This document shows, one piece after another, positions 36,083 to 47,215 of a DNA stretch of 64,000 nucleotides. Every line of letters starts with the position of its first letter. Position 1 is the stretch's first letter. Location of the stretch: contig NW_027270904.1 in assembly GCF_040938485.1 (NCBI RefSeq), forward strand, positions 2,170,001 through 2,234,000, in the 5' to 3' direction. Below the pieces are notes generated by a model. The model ran no database searches. It saw nothing but the letters and a program-made list of their open reading frames with translations, and was not told the DNA's origin. The DNA comes from Diadema antillarum (taxonomy: Eukaryota). The position numbers and the translations under genes were made by a program.

Positions 36083-36440
36083 AGGCATTATTTACCATTT
36101 GCAGATTAAACAAAAATCAAGCATTAGTACGTCAGAAGAGTTCTAAAATGTGAGTTAGGGATAGAAACTTGCAATGTAAAAATGTTGATCAGTATAATCG
36201 ATGTTAAGTATCGTTAGATGCACAAAATGTGAACAATAGTTATAATAAAATTGCTTCTAGAATAAACCGTTAATATCCCAATTATGGTTTATTGAGAAAA
36301 ATAGTGGTGTCTCCTTATATTCTAGGCTTTATTGCGAAATTGTTATGTGGTAGGATGTTTTCTGATTCAACTGACCTACACATATGCATCAATGTCATAA
36401 CTCGAACATTTTTAAATCACTTCCTAGACAAAGGTATACT
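36083..36440. mobile_element. Kolobok-like family B copy, one end eroded
   Basis: ttaa|aggcattatttaccatttgcagat...; body matches 32272 copy. Confidence 0.7.
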
Positions 36441-36660
36441 ATAACGGGAGACGTTCTAATGAATTCTTTCCTTGCTGAGGAGTATCATTAGTGATCATGT
36501 TCGATGATGAGCTCAGGCAATAATATGTGGTCAGACGAAGAACTGTTTCTGAGGTGAGATATGGGGCTGATACCAGGCATAGTCTCTGTTGCTAACCCTT
36601 TTTTTCATGACAGTCTACCCTTGCTAAAAACTTTACACACTGACTAACATACACCATCAT

Positions 36661-36694
<34 letters not shown>

Positions 36695-37039
36695 GTCTGC
36701 AGGAAGCTCTGTCCCTTGGAGAAAGTTCTTTTCAATTAAAAGTACTCAGTCAAAGACAACATTGAAAAACATAAACACATTTGTATGAGTGCCGTGAAAG
36801 TTTTACATGTAAAGAATAAACCACAACTTTTCCGGAGTCCAAGAGCTATCGAAGAGCTCGGCATGACTGACTTTGCGATAACAAAGATGTAATCGCATCT
36901 ACTTCTCATTTTCATATTTATGTACCTTGTCTAATTATGTTTTGATGGAAGTGAAAATAAAGTTGAATTGAATTGAATTGAATTTACTTTTGGACGTCGT
37001 CATTTTCTAATATCGTTATCAATCATATTTTCGTATAAT

Positions 37040-37262
37040 ATGATAATAAGGTCTTATTTACCCAGGGTAGCCTCTTCAGTGTTGTCACTGCTCTACCAGA
37101 GGGCCCTGCCATATCATTACCCTATCGTTGCCAGGTATATCCATTTATACACCTGGGTCGAGAGGGAGGTGGGTGGGTAAAAACGTATTGTCCAAGCACT
37201 GGGCGGGGATCGAACTCGGGTCCTCCGATTGGGAGTCGGGAGTCTTATCCACTATGCCACTG
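37040..37262 (-). mobile_element. tRNA-derived SINE (same family as 32855)
   Basis: Reverse complement reads ggcatagtggataagactcccgactcccaatcggaggacccgagttcgatccccg...ctctcgacccaggtgtataaatgg..tacctggcaac. Confidence 0.8.
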
Positions 37263-37515
37263 ATTCCGTATTTCCTTGGCCATTTCTTCATTCCTTCACC
37301 ATTCCTCCATTTACTTTGCTATTTTTTTTGTGTGTGTTATTGTCTATCTGACCACTGTAACTTTCTTTGCAGTCGCTGCATAGATTCATTATTTTCATTA
37401 CACTTTGAATCAAATCAAAACAGATGGAAAGATATCAAGGGTAGAATGGGCTTTCTATATAAAATTGAATAAACTTGCAAAATAGATATTGTTCATATCA
37501 TTATTATTTTCTTAA

Positions 37516-37871
37516 AGGTTCAGTGTACCTTTGGGATCAGTGATTTATTTTTTTTAAGATATCACATCTGATACATATATGGAGCTCTGTTCTTTCACAA
37601 AACATCCTACCATATCAGATTTTTGCAATAAAGCCTACAATATAAGGAGATATCACTATTTTTCTTAATAAACCATAACTGTAGACGGTTTAGTCTGGAA
37701 ACTTTTTCATTATAACTATTGTTTACATTTTGCGTATCTAGAAATACTTAACATCAATAACACAGATTCACATTTTTACAGTGTTTTTTTTTCTATCTAA
37801 CTCACACGTTAGAACTATTTTAAAGCACTAATGCTGGGTTTTGTTTTATCTGCAAATGGTAAATTATGCCT
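37516..37871. mobile_element. Kolobok-like family B copy
   Basis: ttaa|aggttcagtgtaccttt ... aatggtaaattatgcct|ttaa. Confidence 0.78.
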
Positions 37872-38468
37872 TTAAGATGATGAAAACGTACAGACCCTGC
37901 ATTTGTTTTCATCTCAGTAATTGTCTTACCGAGTTTTCAAGGATGCATCAGGCAGTTCATTTGACATTTCTATAATGATTTGGAAATTGTCATTATGAAG
38001 CCTAGTGCTTTGCGACAATATCCTTTTCCTCTGCTTATGATTTTGATATTTGGAATTTATATGAATATATTGCTGATTTTGTGTACAATTACTCTCTCCT
38101 TTATAAAGAAATAAACAAATTATTTTGAAATTGGACTTTGGAATTTGGAATTTGGAATTGGAATCGGAGTCACTAAAGGAGAAATGAGAAGCGTTGAGTC
38201 ATTGCCCGCCGCGATGTCTTCTGAGCTTCTCCAATGAAAAAATACGTGGAAAAGCTGAGGACGGATTCTTAATTCCCTAGTCCCGCCTGTGACAAGTATT
38301 GTAGGTAGTGGGTTTTGATTGAGCGCCTGTTGCTGTGGTTTTACTCCACACGGCGACCCGACCCTCGTAGGTAAATCCATCGGAATTTGCCGCGAGGAAA
38401 CATGGCGATTGCGGCAGATACCAAAAGAGAATGATAGAAAGAGAGCGAGAGAAACAGACAGACAAACT

Positions 38469-38502
<34 letters not shown>

Positions 38503-38846
38503 TACATACTAGCAGGGAGGTGGAAGAGAGACTAGTAGCAGGATAATAGGAGCACGGAGAAAACTATTGAGGCAGTGTGTGCCAATGTGCATGTGTGAAT
38601 GTTGAAACATAACTAATTCGTACGGAAATACAGATAATATGAATTAACATCTGCAAATACATTGTGTTATTTTCTTCGTTATCTCCTCCGCCCTCTCCCC
38701 TCCCCGTCTCCCCCCCCCCTCTCTCTCTCCCTCCTTCTCTCTCATGATGTTCACGTATAGACACATCCAGTAATAAGAAAACAATTTTGTCTATTTTGCA
38801 TTATCAACCAATCCATCTGCATGTATCTATCAAGTCTACCTATCTT

Positions 38847-39041
38847 NNNNNNNNNNNNNNNNNNNNNNNNNNNNNNNNNNNNNNNNNNNNNNNNNNNNNN
38901 NNNNNNNNNNNNNNNNNNNNNNNNNNNNNNNNNNNNNNNNNNNNNNNNNNNNNNNNNNNNNNNNNNNNNNNNNNNNNNNNNNNNNNNNNNNNNNNNNNNN
39001 NNNNNNNNNNNNNNNNNNNNNNNNNNNNNNNNNNNNNNNNN
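38847..39041. other. Assembly gap (195 N)
   Basis: Run of n within a (TATC)n-rich tract. Confidence 1.
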
Positions 39042-39120
39042 TAGGCCTACATGTATTTATCCATATCTTTCTATCTATCTATCTATCTATCTATCTATGG
39101 ACCTATCTATCTATCTATCA

Positions 39121-39457
39121 NNNNNNNNNNNNNNNNNNNNNNNNNNNNNNNNNNNNNNNNNNNNNNNNNNNNNNNNNNNNNNNNNNNNNNNNNNNNNNNN
39201 NNNNNNNNNNNNNNNNNNNNNNNNNNNNNNNNNNNNNNNNNNNNNNNNNNNNNNNNNNNNNNNNNNNNNNNNNNNNNNNNNNNNNNNNNNNNNNNNNNNN
39301 NNNNNNNNNNNNNNNNNNNNNNNNNNNNNNNNNNNNNNNNNNNNNNNNNNNNNNNNNNNNNNNNNNNNNNNNNNNNNNNNNNNNNNNNNNNNNNNNNNNN
39401 NNNNNNNNNNNNNNNNNNNNNNNNNNNNNNNNNNNNNNNNNNNNNNNNNNNNNNNNC
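39121..39457. other. Assembly gap (337 N)
   Basis: Run of n flanked by (TATC)n. Confidence 1.
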
Positions 39458-40539
39458 CTACATGTAGGCCTATCTATCCATCTCTATCTATCCACCCACC
39501 TATCTGTTTCGCTATTCGTCTGTCTATCTTTACTATCTATCTATCTATCTATCCACCTTTCAAGCCATTTATCCTTTCTATCTGTATGTCCATTATTATG
39601 TCTGTCGATCTGTTGGACAGGCTGTGTATCGTTATTTCTGTTTTACTCTCTTTGTCTTTATTCGTCCGAAGAGGGGGGGGGGGGGGGGGGGGGGGGGATT
39701 CCCACAAATTACCGGACGAGAGCAGCAAAAGTACACGAGCATGTTTTTCATTCATGTCACCTGATATCAGGTATAGGGAACTAACCGGTCTCTTCTCTCT
39801 TCGCTTTCGCATGTGTTTTCAGGGGCATTGTGATACCGAAGGATCAAACGAGATACACCTGTACAGAACGAGTGGAGTGCGCCGTATATCACTTTGGGCC
39901 TTTACTTTAAAGGCAGATCTCTCATGCGCGAGAAATATATTCACCCGATCTTGTTTGACGATGGTGGTACACGTACCCAAAAAAGTTTAGACTGCAAATA
40001 TGTATCATTATTAATATTCAGATGAATGCACTTCCTAGAGAAAATAGCATATAACATTAATCTACTAATGAAATAGAAGAGAATATCAATCCTGAAGAAT
40101 GTCGAAAGGAAGAACCAAAACTTTGAGGGGGCGGGGAAGAAGAATGGAGTTTGAAGGAAAGCGAAGTGTTTTGCACTTTCGCTACAAAGTAAACTCATCT
40201 TCGTTCAGTTGATGAGACAGGATTCTACTAAACTAATATAAGATAGTCGCTTTGGAATGACTGTGTTAATTCGTGAATGCTATAATTCGATTAGACGAGA
40301 ATTATAAATCCTGTCAACAACATTGTTAGGATTCGCTTGAAATGGCGGGGAAGTTTCCGACTTGGGACGTTTCAGGAGGAAAGTGATGATGTCTAGGTAT
40401 GTAATGATGTAGGTAGAATGGAGACTGAGAAAACGAGGAAGAAGTAAACATAATGAAGATGAAGGGTATGGGAGGAAGAAGAGGACAACAACACTACACA
40501 GAGAGCCGCGGGATCATAAGGGACTAGTGTAATAACTTC

Positions 40540-40730
40540 TACAGATCCGCCCCTAACGCGCCAGGCCTGCCCGCTACATTCAATTTTTATTACCAGCGGT
40601 GACCTCAATCGCAACACACGCTGAATCGTGCGACCCCGACAGAGCGGGGCGAGTTAATATTCCACCCGGGAGAGAAGCGGGCGAGCTCTGCCATTGGTCG
40701 AGGTTTTATTGGCTACAGTGTCTCGCTGCA
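40540..40730 (+). promoter_or_regulatory. Probable fz9/10 proximal promoter
   Basis: CpG-rich stretch with GC boxes (ccgccc about 40548, ggggcg about 40646) and two inverted CCAAT boxes (attgg about 40693 and 40709), about 1.2 kb upstream of the ATG. Confidence 0.45.
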
Positions 40731-41764
40731 TGCTGGCAGGCACATCGCGGCTTGTCTCTTTTGCTGGCTTCTTATTTATTACTAAGGGAGTCAAGAGTGG
40801 GATATTCGACGTAGAAATATCTCTCTCCTCCCTCGGTTCTCCATCGAGCATCTCTGCACTCCATGTGCAGAATCACACAGTTTCGGATCATGTCTATGAA
40901 CACAACTGGCAGTGCAGACGACGGAGGAATGTTTCTGCTGTAATCGGTAGCCAGCAAGACCGTTTGCAATCGAGTGCGCCTTTTATCGTCACATCAATGC
41001 GGACTCAAGCACTGATTACATCACGGATTGTTGGTGGCGGAAAAGGCAATGCACTTTGTTCGAACATTATTACAGTATCATTTTCAATTCGATCTGATCC
41101 GTAGACGTCGAGTGACTGCACTGACATTGGAGTCGGACCAACAAAAAGTCTGCGTGGGATTACAAAGAGAAAGACGTAAATACACGAAAAAGGACGCGAC
41201 ACGACTTCAATATCAAGTTGTTGGTGCTTAACGGTTTCTGTTTAATGCTAGTATCGTTTACATTTCTTTCACGTCGGTGGCGCTTGAAGTAGCCTTATTG
41301 GAGCGCTGTTTTCTATGCTTGAGAGGATTACGATACAAGGGAGAAACGCCGACAATCCCATGCGATTCCTAACTTCGTGTCAGTGTATGTGGAACGAGCG
41401 CCCGAAATGCACGCTTATTCAAGTAACCGTGTCGAAATAAACATGTCGTGTGATCTGGAAAGCTGGCTCTCAAAGTTTTAGCTTCTTGTGGGCTCATTTC
41501 GGCGTGTGGTACTGATGACGAGACGATATGTGTATCGCGATGGATTGCGTTTTGCCGTGTGCTCGAGTCGCGTCGGGAGGGATTTAGGAGTGGGGAGACC
41601 TTGTAACAAGAAACACATGTGAAATGAGAGGGGGATCAACGGTAAAGCGATATGCCTAGCGTCGTTTGGGACGGCAAAGATTTTCTGTTCAAGGTGAAGC
41701 TTTTGATTTCTCTCAGAAAGTGTGGAGAAGAGGAGAAAGAAACGTGACTCAGGGAATGGAATGA

Positions 41765-41790
41765 CGTTCTTCTTCTTTTTTTTCTCGCAG
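41765..41790 (+). promoter_or_regulatory. Strong 3' splice acceptor, implying a 5'-UTR intron in fz9/10
   Basis: ttcttcttcttttttttctcgcag at 41790, 139 nt before the ATG; matching donor not identified. Confidence 0.5.
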
Positions 41791-41928
41791 ATATGTGCAT
41801 CTTGGTAGTAGCTGCGCCCAGTAATTGATCGTCTGATGTACAGACAACCTGTGCTTGATTACTGACGTGCTTGGATATGATACTCGTGTCGTACTGGAGT
41901 TAAATTTCAGCTGGTGGCATCGCTGGGC

Positions 41929-43824
41929 ATGAAATCAGTTGATATGGCAACGTTGTGCGTCTTGTTCGGAGTCGTGCTCCTGGGAATCTTCTGCTTTGGC
42001 AGCAGCTTTGCCGCTGGTCTGCAACACAGCGGCTCCCACGGCCACTGCGAACGAATTACCATTGAATTCTGCCAAGGAATCGGCTACAACCTCACCAGGA
42101 TGCCCAATTTGTTTGGTCATCTGACGCAGAGCGAGGCGGCCCCGAGCATCCACGAGTTCCATCCCCTGGTCGTCGTCGGGTGCGCCGAGCATCTCAGGTT
42201 ATTTCTGTGCTCAATGTACGCGCCGATGTGTTCGGAGCACATCGACGTGCCCATTCCATCGTGTCAAAGTATGTGTGAGGACGTGAGACGGAAGTGTGAG
42301 CCAGTAATGACCAGGTTTAGCTTCAGCTGGCCGGAGAGTATGAACTGCGACAGGCTGCCCCGAGGCAAGGACCTTTGCATGGTAGCTCCCAACACAGCAG
42401 ACACCGGAAATCCACTGCCCACAAAGATGTACGATTCCGACATCGACAGTGGACACAACGGCGGAACGAACGTCGACGAGCCGGGGTCGCCGAACAACAA
42501 TGGGCAGAGACCGACGAATACGACGGGTTCGCAGCCGACGTGTACTAATCCCCAGAAATTCGTATTCGTACCGCAGACGAACTCATGCGCGCCTCGATGT
42601 GACGTCGATGTTTACTTCCAGCAGTCCGACAAGGACTTTACCAAGATGTGGATTGGTGTGTGGGCTATTCTTTGCTTCGTGTGTACCGCCATCACCGTTC
42701 TCACGTTCCTCATCGACCGAGCTCGATTTCGATACCCTGAAAGGCCAATCATCTTCCTATCTATGTGCTATAACCTTTATTCTTTGGCTTTCATCGTCCG
42801 CCTCATTGTCGGCCCAAGAGCAATCGCATGTGAGAAGACTCTGAGCGGTGTCCCGTACCTCATTCAGGAGGGTCTCGACAGCACGGGCTGTACCATCATA
42901 TTTCTCACACAGTATTATTTTTTTATGGCCAGTTCGATCTGGTGGGTGATTCTGACGTTGACATGGTTTTTGGCAGCGGGAATGAAATGGGGTTACGAAG
43001 CCATCGCGGCATACAGCAGCTATTATCACGTCGCTGCCTGGGCGTTACCTGCAGTGAAATCAATCATAGCCCTCTTAAAACGCCGCCTAGACGGGGACGA
43101 ACTCACGGGAATGTGCTTTATCGGGAATCATGATCGGGACGCCTTAACTTATTTCGTTCTGGTGCCGCTTTTTGTGTATTTCGCCATTGGAACCCTGTTT
43201 ATCTTGGCTGGCTTCTTTTACTTGTTCAGGATTCGTAAAGTGATGAAAAATGGAGGGACAAACATTGATAAGTTAGAGCGGCTCATGGTGCGGATCGGGA
43301 TTTTCTCCGTGCTTTACACCGTTCCCGCCACCGCCGTGATCGCCTGCTACTTCTATCAGAGATCTAACATGGATTATTGGCGGCATTTGGCGGAACTTAC
43401 GCCCTGTAGGGTGCTACCAGGCGCGGAGGGGTCTGAGGATCCCCAGGGGGGTGGGTGTGCCCCCATGGAGTTTTCGATCCCATCAGTTCCCGTGCTCTCA
43501 GTCAAACTCTTCATGCTCCTCGTCGTTGGTATTACGAGTGGAATGTGGATCTGGAGTTCGAAAACCGTGCAATCGTGGCAAAAGTGGTTCAGCGGGTGCG
43601 CCCTCCTCTCACCGGGTCAGAAGTCGTCGCTCCAGCCGTCCCAACATCATCACCACCACCATCATCATCCACAACAACCTCCGCTCCAGCAAGCCAATGG
43701 TGGTACGCCCAACAAAAGCAGCAGGCCCACAACGCCCCGGGTGAAGTACCCAACAATAAACGGCAACAACAGAAGCACCGGTGTCATTTACAGTTCTGTG
43801 AACACTGGAAGTGCCATTGTTTGA
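41929..43824 (+). CDS. fz9/10: Frizzled-9/10 Wnt receptor, uninterrupted CDS (about 631 aa from first ATG)
   Basis: Signal peptide; cysteine-rich domain with IGYNLTRMPNL...HEFHPLV..GC..HLRLFLCSMYAPMC, the FZD9/10-type signature (FZD5/8 has HQFWPLV...YTPIC); seven TM segments (RFRYPERPIIFLSMCY, MASSIWWVILTLTWFLAAG, GDELTG.C, DKLERLMVRIG.FSVLYTVPA); KTVQSW Dishevelled motif. The ORF track starts at GTG 41914; the first in-frame ATG is 41929 and a second is 41944. Confidence 0.96.
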   Translation: MKSVDMATLCVLFGVVLLGIFCFGSSFAAGLQHSGSHGHCERITIEFCQGIGYNLTRMPNLFGHLTQSEAAPSIHEFHPLVVVGCAEHLRLFLCSMYAPMCSEHIDVPIPSCQSMCEDVRRKCEPVMTRFSFSWPESMNCDRLPRGKDLCMVAPNTADTGNPLPTKMYDSDIDSGHNGGTNVDEPGSPNNNGQRPTNTTGSQPTCTNPQKFVFVPQTNSCAPRCDVDVYFQQSDKDFTKMWIGVWAILCFVCTAITVLTFLIDRARFRYPERPIIFLSMCYNLYSLAFIVRLIVGPRAIACEKTLSGVPYLIQEGLDSTGCTIIFLTQYYFFMASSIWWVILTLTWFLAAGMKWGYEAIAAYSSYYHVAAWALPAVKSIIALLKRRLDGDELTGMCFIGNHDRDALTYFVLVPLFVYFAIGTLFILAGFFYLFRIRKVMKNGGTNIDKLERLMVRIGIFSVLYTVPATAVIACYFYQRSNMDYWRHLAELTPCRVLPGAEGSEDPQGGGCAPMEFSIPSVPVLSVKLFMLLVVGITSGMWIWSSKTVQSWQKWFSGCALLSPGQKSSLQPSQHHHHHHHHPQQPPLQQANGGTPNKSSRPTTPRVKYPTINGNNRSTGVIYSSVNTGSAIV

Positions 43825-46320
43825 TGGCTGAAAAGGATACGTTTTCAAAGGAGAGAGAGGGAGAGATAGAGAGAGAGAGATAGAGAAAAAGAGAGAGATA
43901 GATAGAAAGGGCGAGAGAGAGGGGAGAAAGAGAGTATGTATGTGAGAGACTATTCTGTTTTCTGTCTCTTTGAATTTTGGACAGATTAAAACGCATATTG
44001 TGAGAGCAAAGGGCCATTAAACCTTTGGATGCTCTCGTACTCGTACGGCTACTATAATGCGATATTGTCAGCGACTAGACTCGAGTGATTTGTAATGCTA
44101 TCTAAGTAGAACATCTCATTTTCTGTGATTTTGCAAAATCGTGTAATTGCTTTCGTTACTGTGTAAATGAGTTTAATGTACTTCATATAAACCAATGCGT
44201 ATTGTTATACTGATGCAGTACTTTGGACGAGCATTTGTTCAGAGTGAGAACTCTGGCGACCGTACAACTCCACAAGGCTAAAGAGTATACATGTTTATCT
44301 ATCCCCGCTCCCGTTAAATCCTTAAATTAAGTGAGGAGAACAATGCATTACGAATAATGCAACCACTTGCCCGACGCTCCACTGGCTGTGTAGATGGTTT
44401 CTGGCCAACTTCATAGAACCACTCATGCGGTGTCCAGACTAGTGCTCCCTTTTCCCCAATCCTCCCCTCCTCTTCTTCAACTTACCAACGTTTTTTAAAT
44501 TGAAATGAGATTATTTCGCTCGATGTCGCACCATGATTGTGTCAGCCCTGCTTGCTCCTTGCTCACGTGTTGCTCCAAATTCAATACTCACCGGAAGAAT
44601 TTCATACATCGCTGACCTTTCTTTCACATCTCGATGACTAACTGCCCGATCGCAGACTTCTGAAATTACCTGACAATGACATTGGGCTTTTTAAACTAGA
44701 ATTTTCACCTCCGTATACAATGTTTGCCACGCACCACGGGCACCTGTCAATACATAGCAGGCCTAGTTTGTGTTTATATTACGAGCACGTCACACTATTC
44801 GCGCTATACCAAATTTTGTTTCCACTCATTACTTACCCCTCTCGTATGTTCTCTTTTGCTTCATTTTAAAGGCCTCTTTTTCCAAGCTACTACCGGCCCA
44901 TTATATCTCCCCTTATTTTTTATATTTTTTTTATTGATATGTCCTAAGATAAACATAATACACGTGTTTTATCTTATTCCGTCTTTTAGGCTTACTGCTT
45001 CGTTAGGTGCTATTTCAGAGGCTATTTTATTAGAGCAAGCCTATATATTGAATATCTATGAACGCTCTTATCGAGATTTACCATGCTTTGTTTAATGGTT
45101 TCAAGATACCAGAACGAAGACACTCTCTTAACATAACTGTTGTATTTGCCATGCACGTAGCTGGTCCGTCAGATTTTGATTTAAGTGTTGTATTCACGTG
45201 AAAAGTTGTACTACAGTATTGAGTTTAATGTATTGTCATGTAAACTTTGAAGGGTGACACACTGGTATGTTGAAAAGGGTTACTTCTTGTCGTCAGAAAA
45301 TTCGTACGATTATAATGTGATTCGTACAGAGGATTTTGCAGTTAAGCCGTACCTGCAATTTGTGGCACAAAACGCACTTTATGTGAATGATACAAAATTT
45401 GTAACAAGTAACATGTCAAAGGTCAAAGATTAAAGTTGCCTCTGACTCTAGGGTTTGCAAAGTCATGACGTCAACGAAATTCGATTATCCAACAAAATCA
45501 TATGCACCTGGATGCGGTCCCCGAACGATGTGTTCTTACAGATTCGGTTTGATATCTTTTTACAGGTATGGGTGTACTGTTAAGTGCTCTTGTTTAGCAA
45601 GTTTACACCTTGTGATATTATGCCACTGAGATATCTGCATTGCATTATCAGATAAAAACAGGCAAATCAATAACCGCCACCAGTAACTCTAGGTGTCATT
45701 ATATTGTCATATGTTGTACATCCACCAAAGTACAAGCACAAATCAAATTGTCCCCAGTTTATTAGTGAAAACAATAAATTGTGTTTTAGTGACCTGTTGA
45801 TTTACAATCTCCCTGTAGTCTTATATTGTTTTCTGTAACGTCACTGCAAAGGATGCTTCCAGAACACGAATCGTAAGGGCATTCTTTTGATCTAATTTTT
45901 CACGATATTTGCCGCTATCGTTTTTGTCTTATTGAGGTTATCATCTTTATGCAAATTTGTAGGAGGTAGCTCGATATTGCAAGAAATCGTTTGACTTCCG
46001 GTCAATACAGCTAACCTGTAATAAGTGACATTGAGTATACGTCAATGAAGTCGATGTCAATTGAAAATGAATTCACCTCCATGTTCGATATGAATTAAAA
46101 CATATGAGTAAAAAACAAACAAATAGCAGAATATTAATTTGAATCGAATACAGGAGTGAGACTTCTTAAGATTTTCTATGTTTTTACATGTTATTATGAA
46201 ACAATGATGTCACTGACAACGGCATATGCAAATGAGATGAGATTATGACGTCAGTGCCTCACAAGTCTCCAGTTGACCTGCCACAAATATTCCTTCAATT
46301 TCTCTCCTTTAAAACAAAAG

Positions 46321-46363
<43 letters not shown>

Positions 46364-46890
46364 AATGAAATGAAATTACAACAAAATCTCCACATCAAAT
46401 AATCATCGCATCCTAATTTCCTTGCAATTATGACTTTAAGAAGGGAGAAGCTGTTGTGACTAAATCTTTTTCTAAACTACAAGTTAACTAAAGACATGAT
46501 TTTCATGATAGTTTTGTTTACAAACCGAAAGGAGATTGGTATGGTGACGATATGCTCAGCTCTTCTGATTTCCTCAAGTGGATGCGCCCAATGCCAGTAC
46601 TCAGTTAAAACGTGTCAAACGTAGAGTGTCCGTAGGCCTCTTATTTCATAAATTCATGTCGGAATGTGATAATACATAAACACTTAAACAGTGTACCAAA
46701 CTTCTGTTCGTTTCGTTTTTACTCAACTTCAGTGTGGAGTACGTGCTGCACTTTTAAGCGCAAAGCATTTACTCGAAAGGAAAAGAAGACAGTATGTATT
46801 AACGCGAAACGTATTTTTCAGTTTGTATAAATAATTATTTGAAGTCATCTGCCAGTCGACTTATCAATAAAGGGTTCTGCTCTGTCAGTT
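43825..46890 (+). other. Probable long fz9/10 3' UTR
   Basis: No ORF of substance; U-rich/TGTA-rich stretches; AATAAA at about 45773 and 46866 followed by GT/T-rich sequence. Confidence 0.35.
46319..46364. repeat. (GAAA)n microsatellite
   Basis: Directly visible. Confidence 0.95.
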
Positions 46891-47119
46891 ACTTATATCT
46901 ATAGAACTATCCACATGTGCTTTGTGAGTGTAATGTTCTGTTCAATATATACTGTACATTATATTTATACCACTAGGGCACTTACTAAGCTCGTATAGAA
47001 TCCAGTCCTTTCGATGTTCGAGCCCCACCCCCTCCCATATCATGCTTGTACACGCGGCTTGTGAGTTGCAGTCATAGAGAGGACAATGTATACACACGGA
47101 ATATGCATACAAGTGTATG

Positions 47120-47215
47120 TTAATATATATGATATATATATGCATATATGATATATGCATAGATATATATATATATATTATATATGTGCATATATATATA
47201 TATATATATACATAG
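47120..47215. repeat. (TA)n-rich tract
   Basis: Directly visible. Confidence 0.9.

Noticed and set aside
38240-38420. Possible self-cleaving ribozyme (ctgagga hammerhead-like core; ttcctcgcgg HDV L3-like)
   Set aside because: No stem II-GAAA geometry for a hammerhead and no P1 partner strand for an HDV fold could be found by eye.
38787-39990. Long ORFs including the 389-aa call
   Set aside because: Artefacts of N runs and TATC repeats.
41914-41928. GTG start used by the ORF track for Frizzled
   Set aside because: An in-frame ATG follows at 41929, ahead of the signal peptide; no reason to invoke a non-AUG start in a eukaryote.
41935-43883. Alternative-frame and antisense ORFs overlapping Frizzled
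   Set aside because: Expected shadows of a GC-rich CDS.
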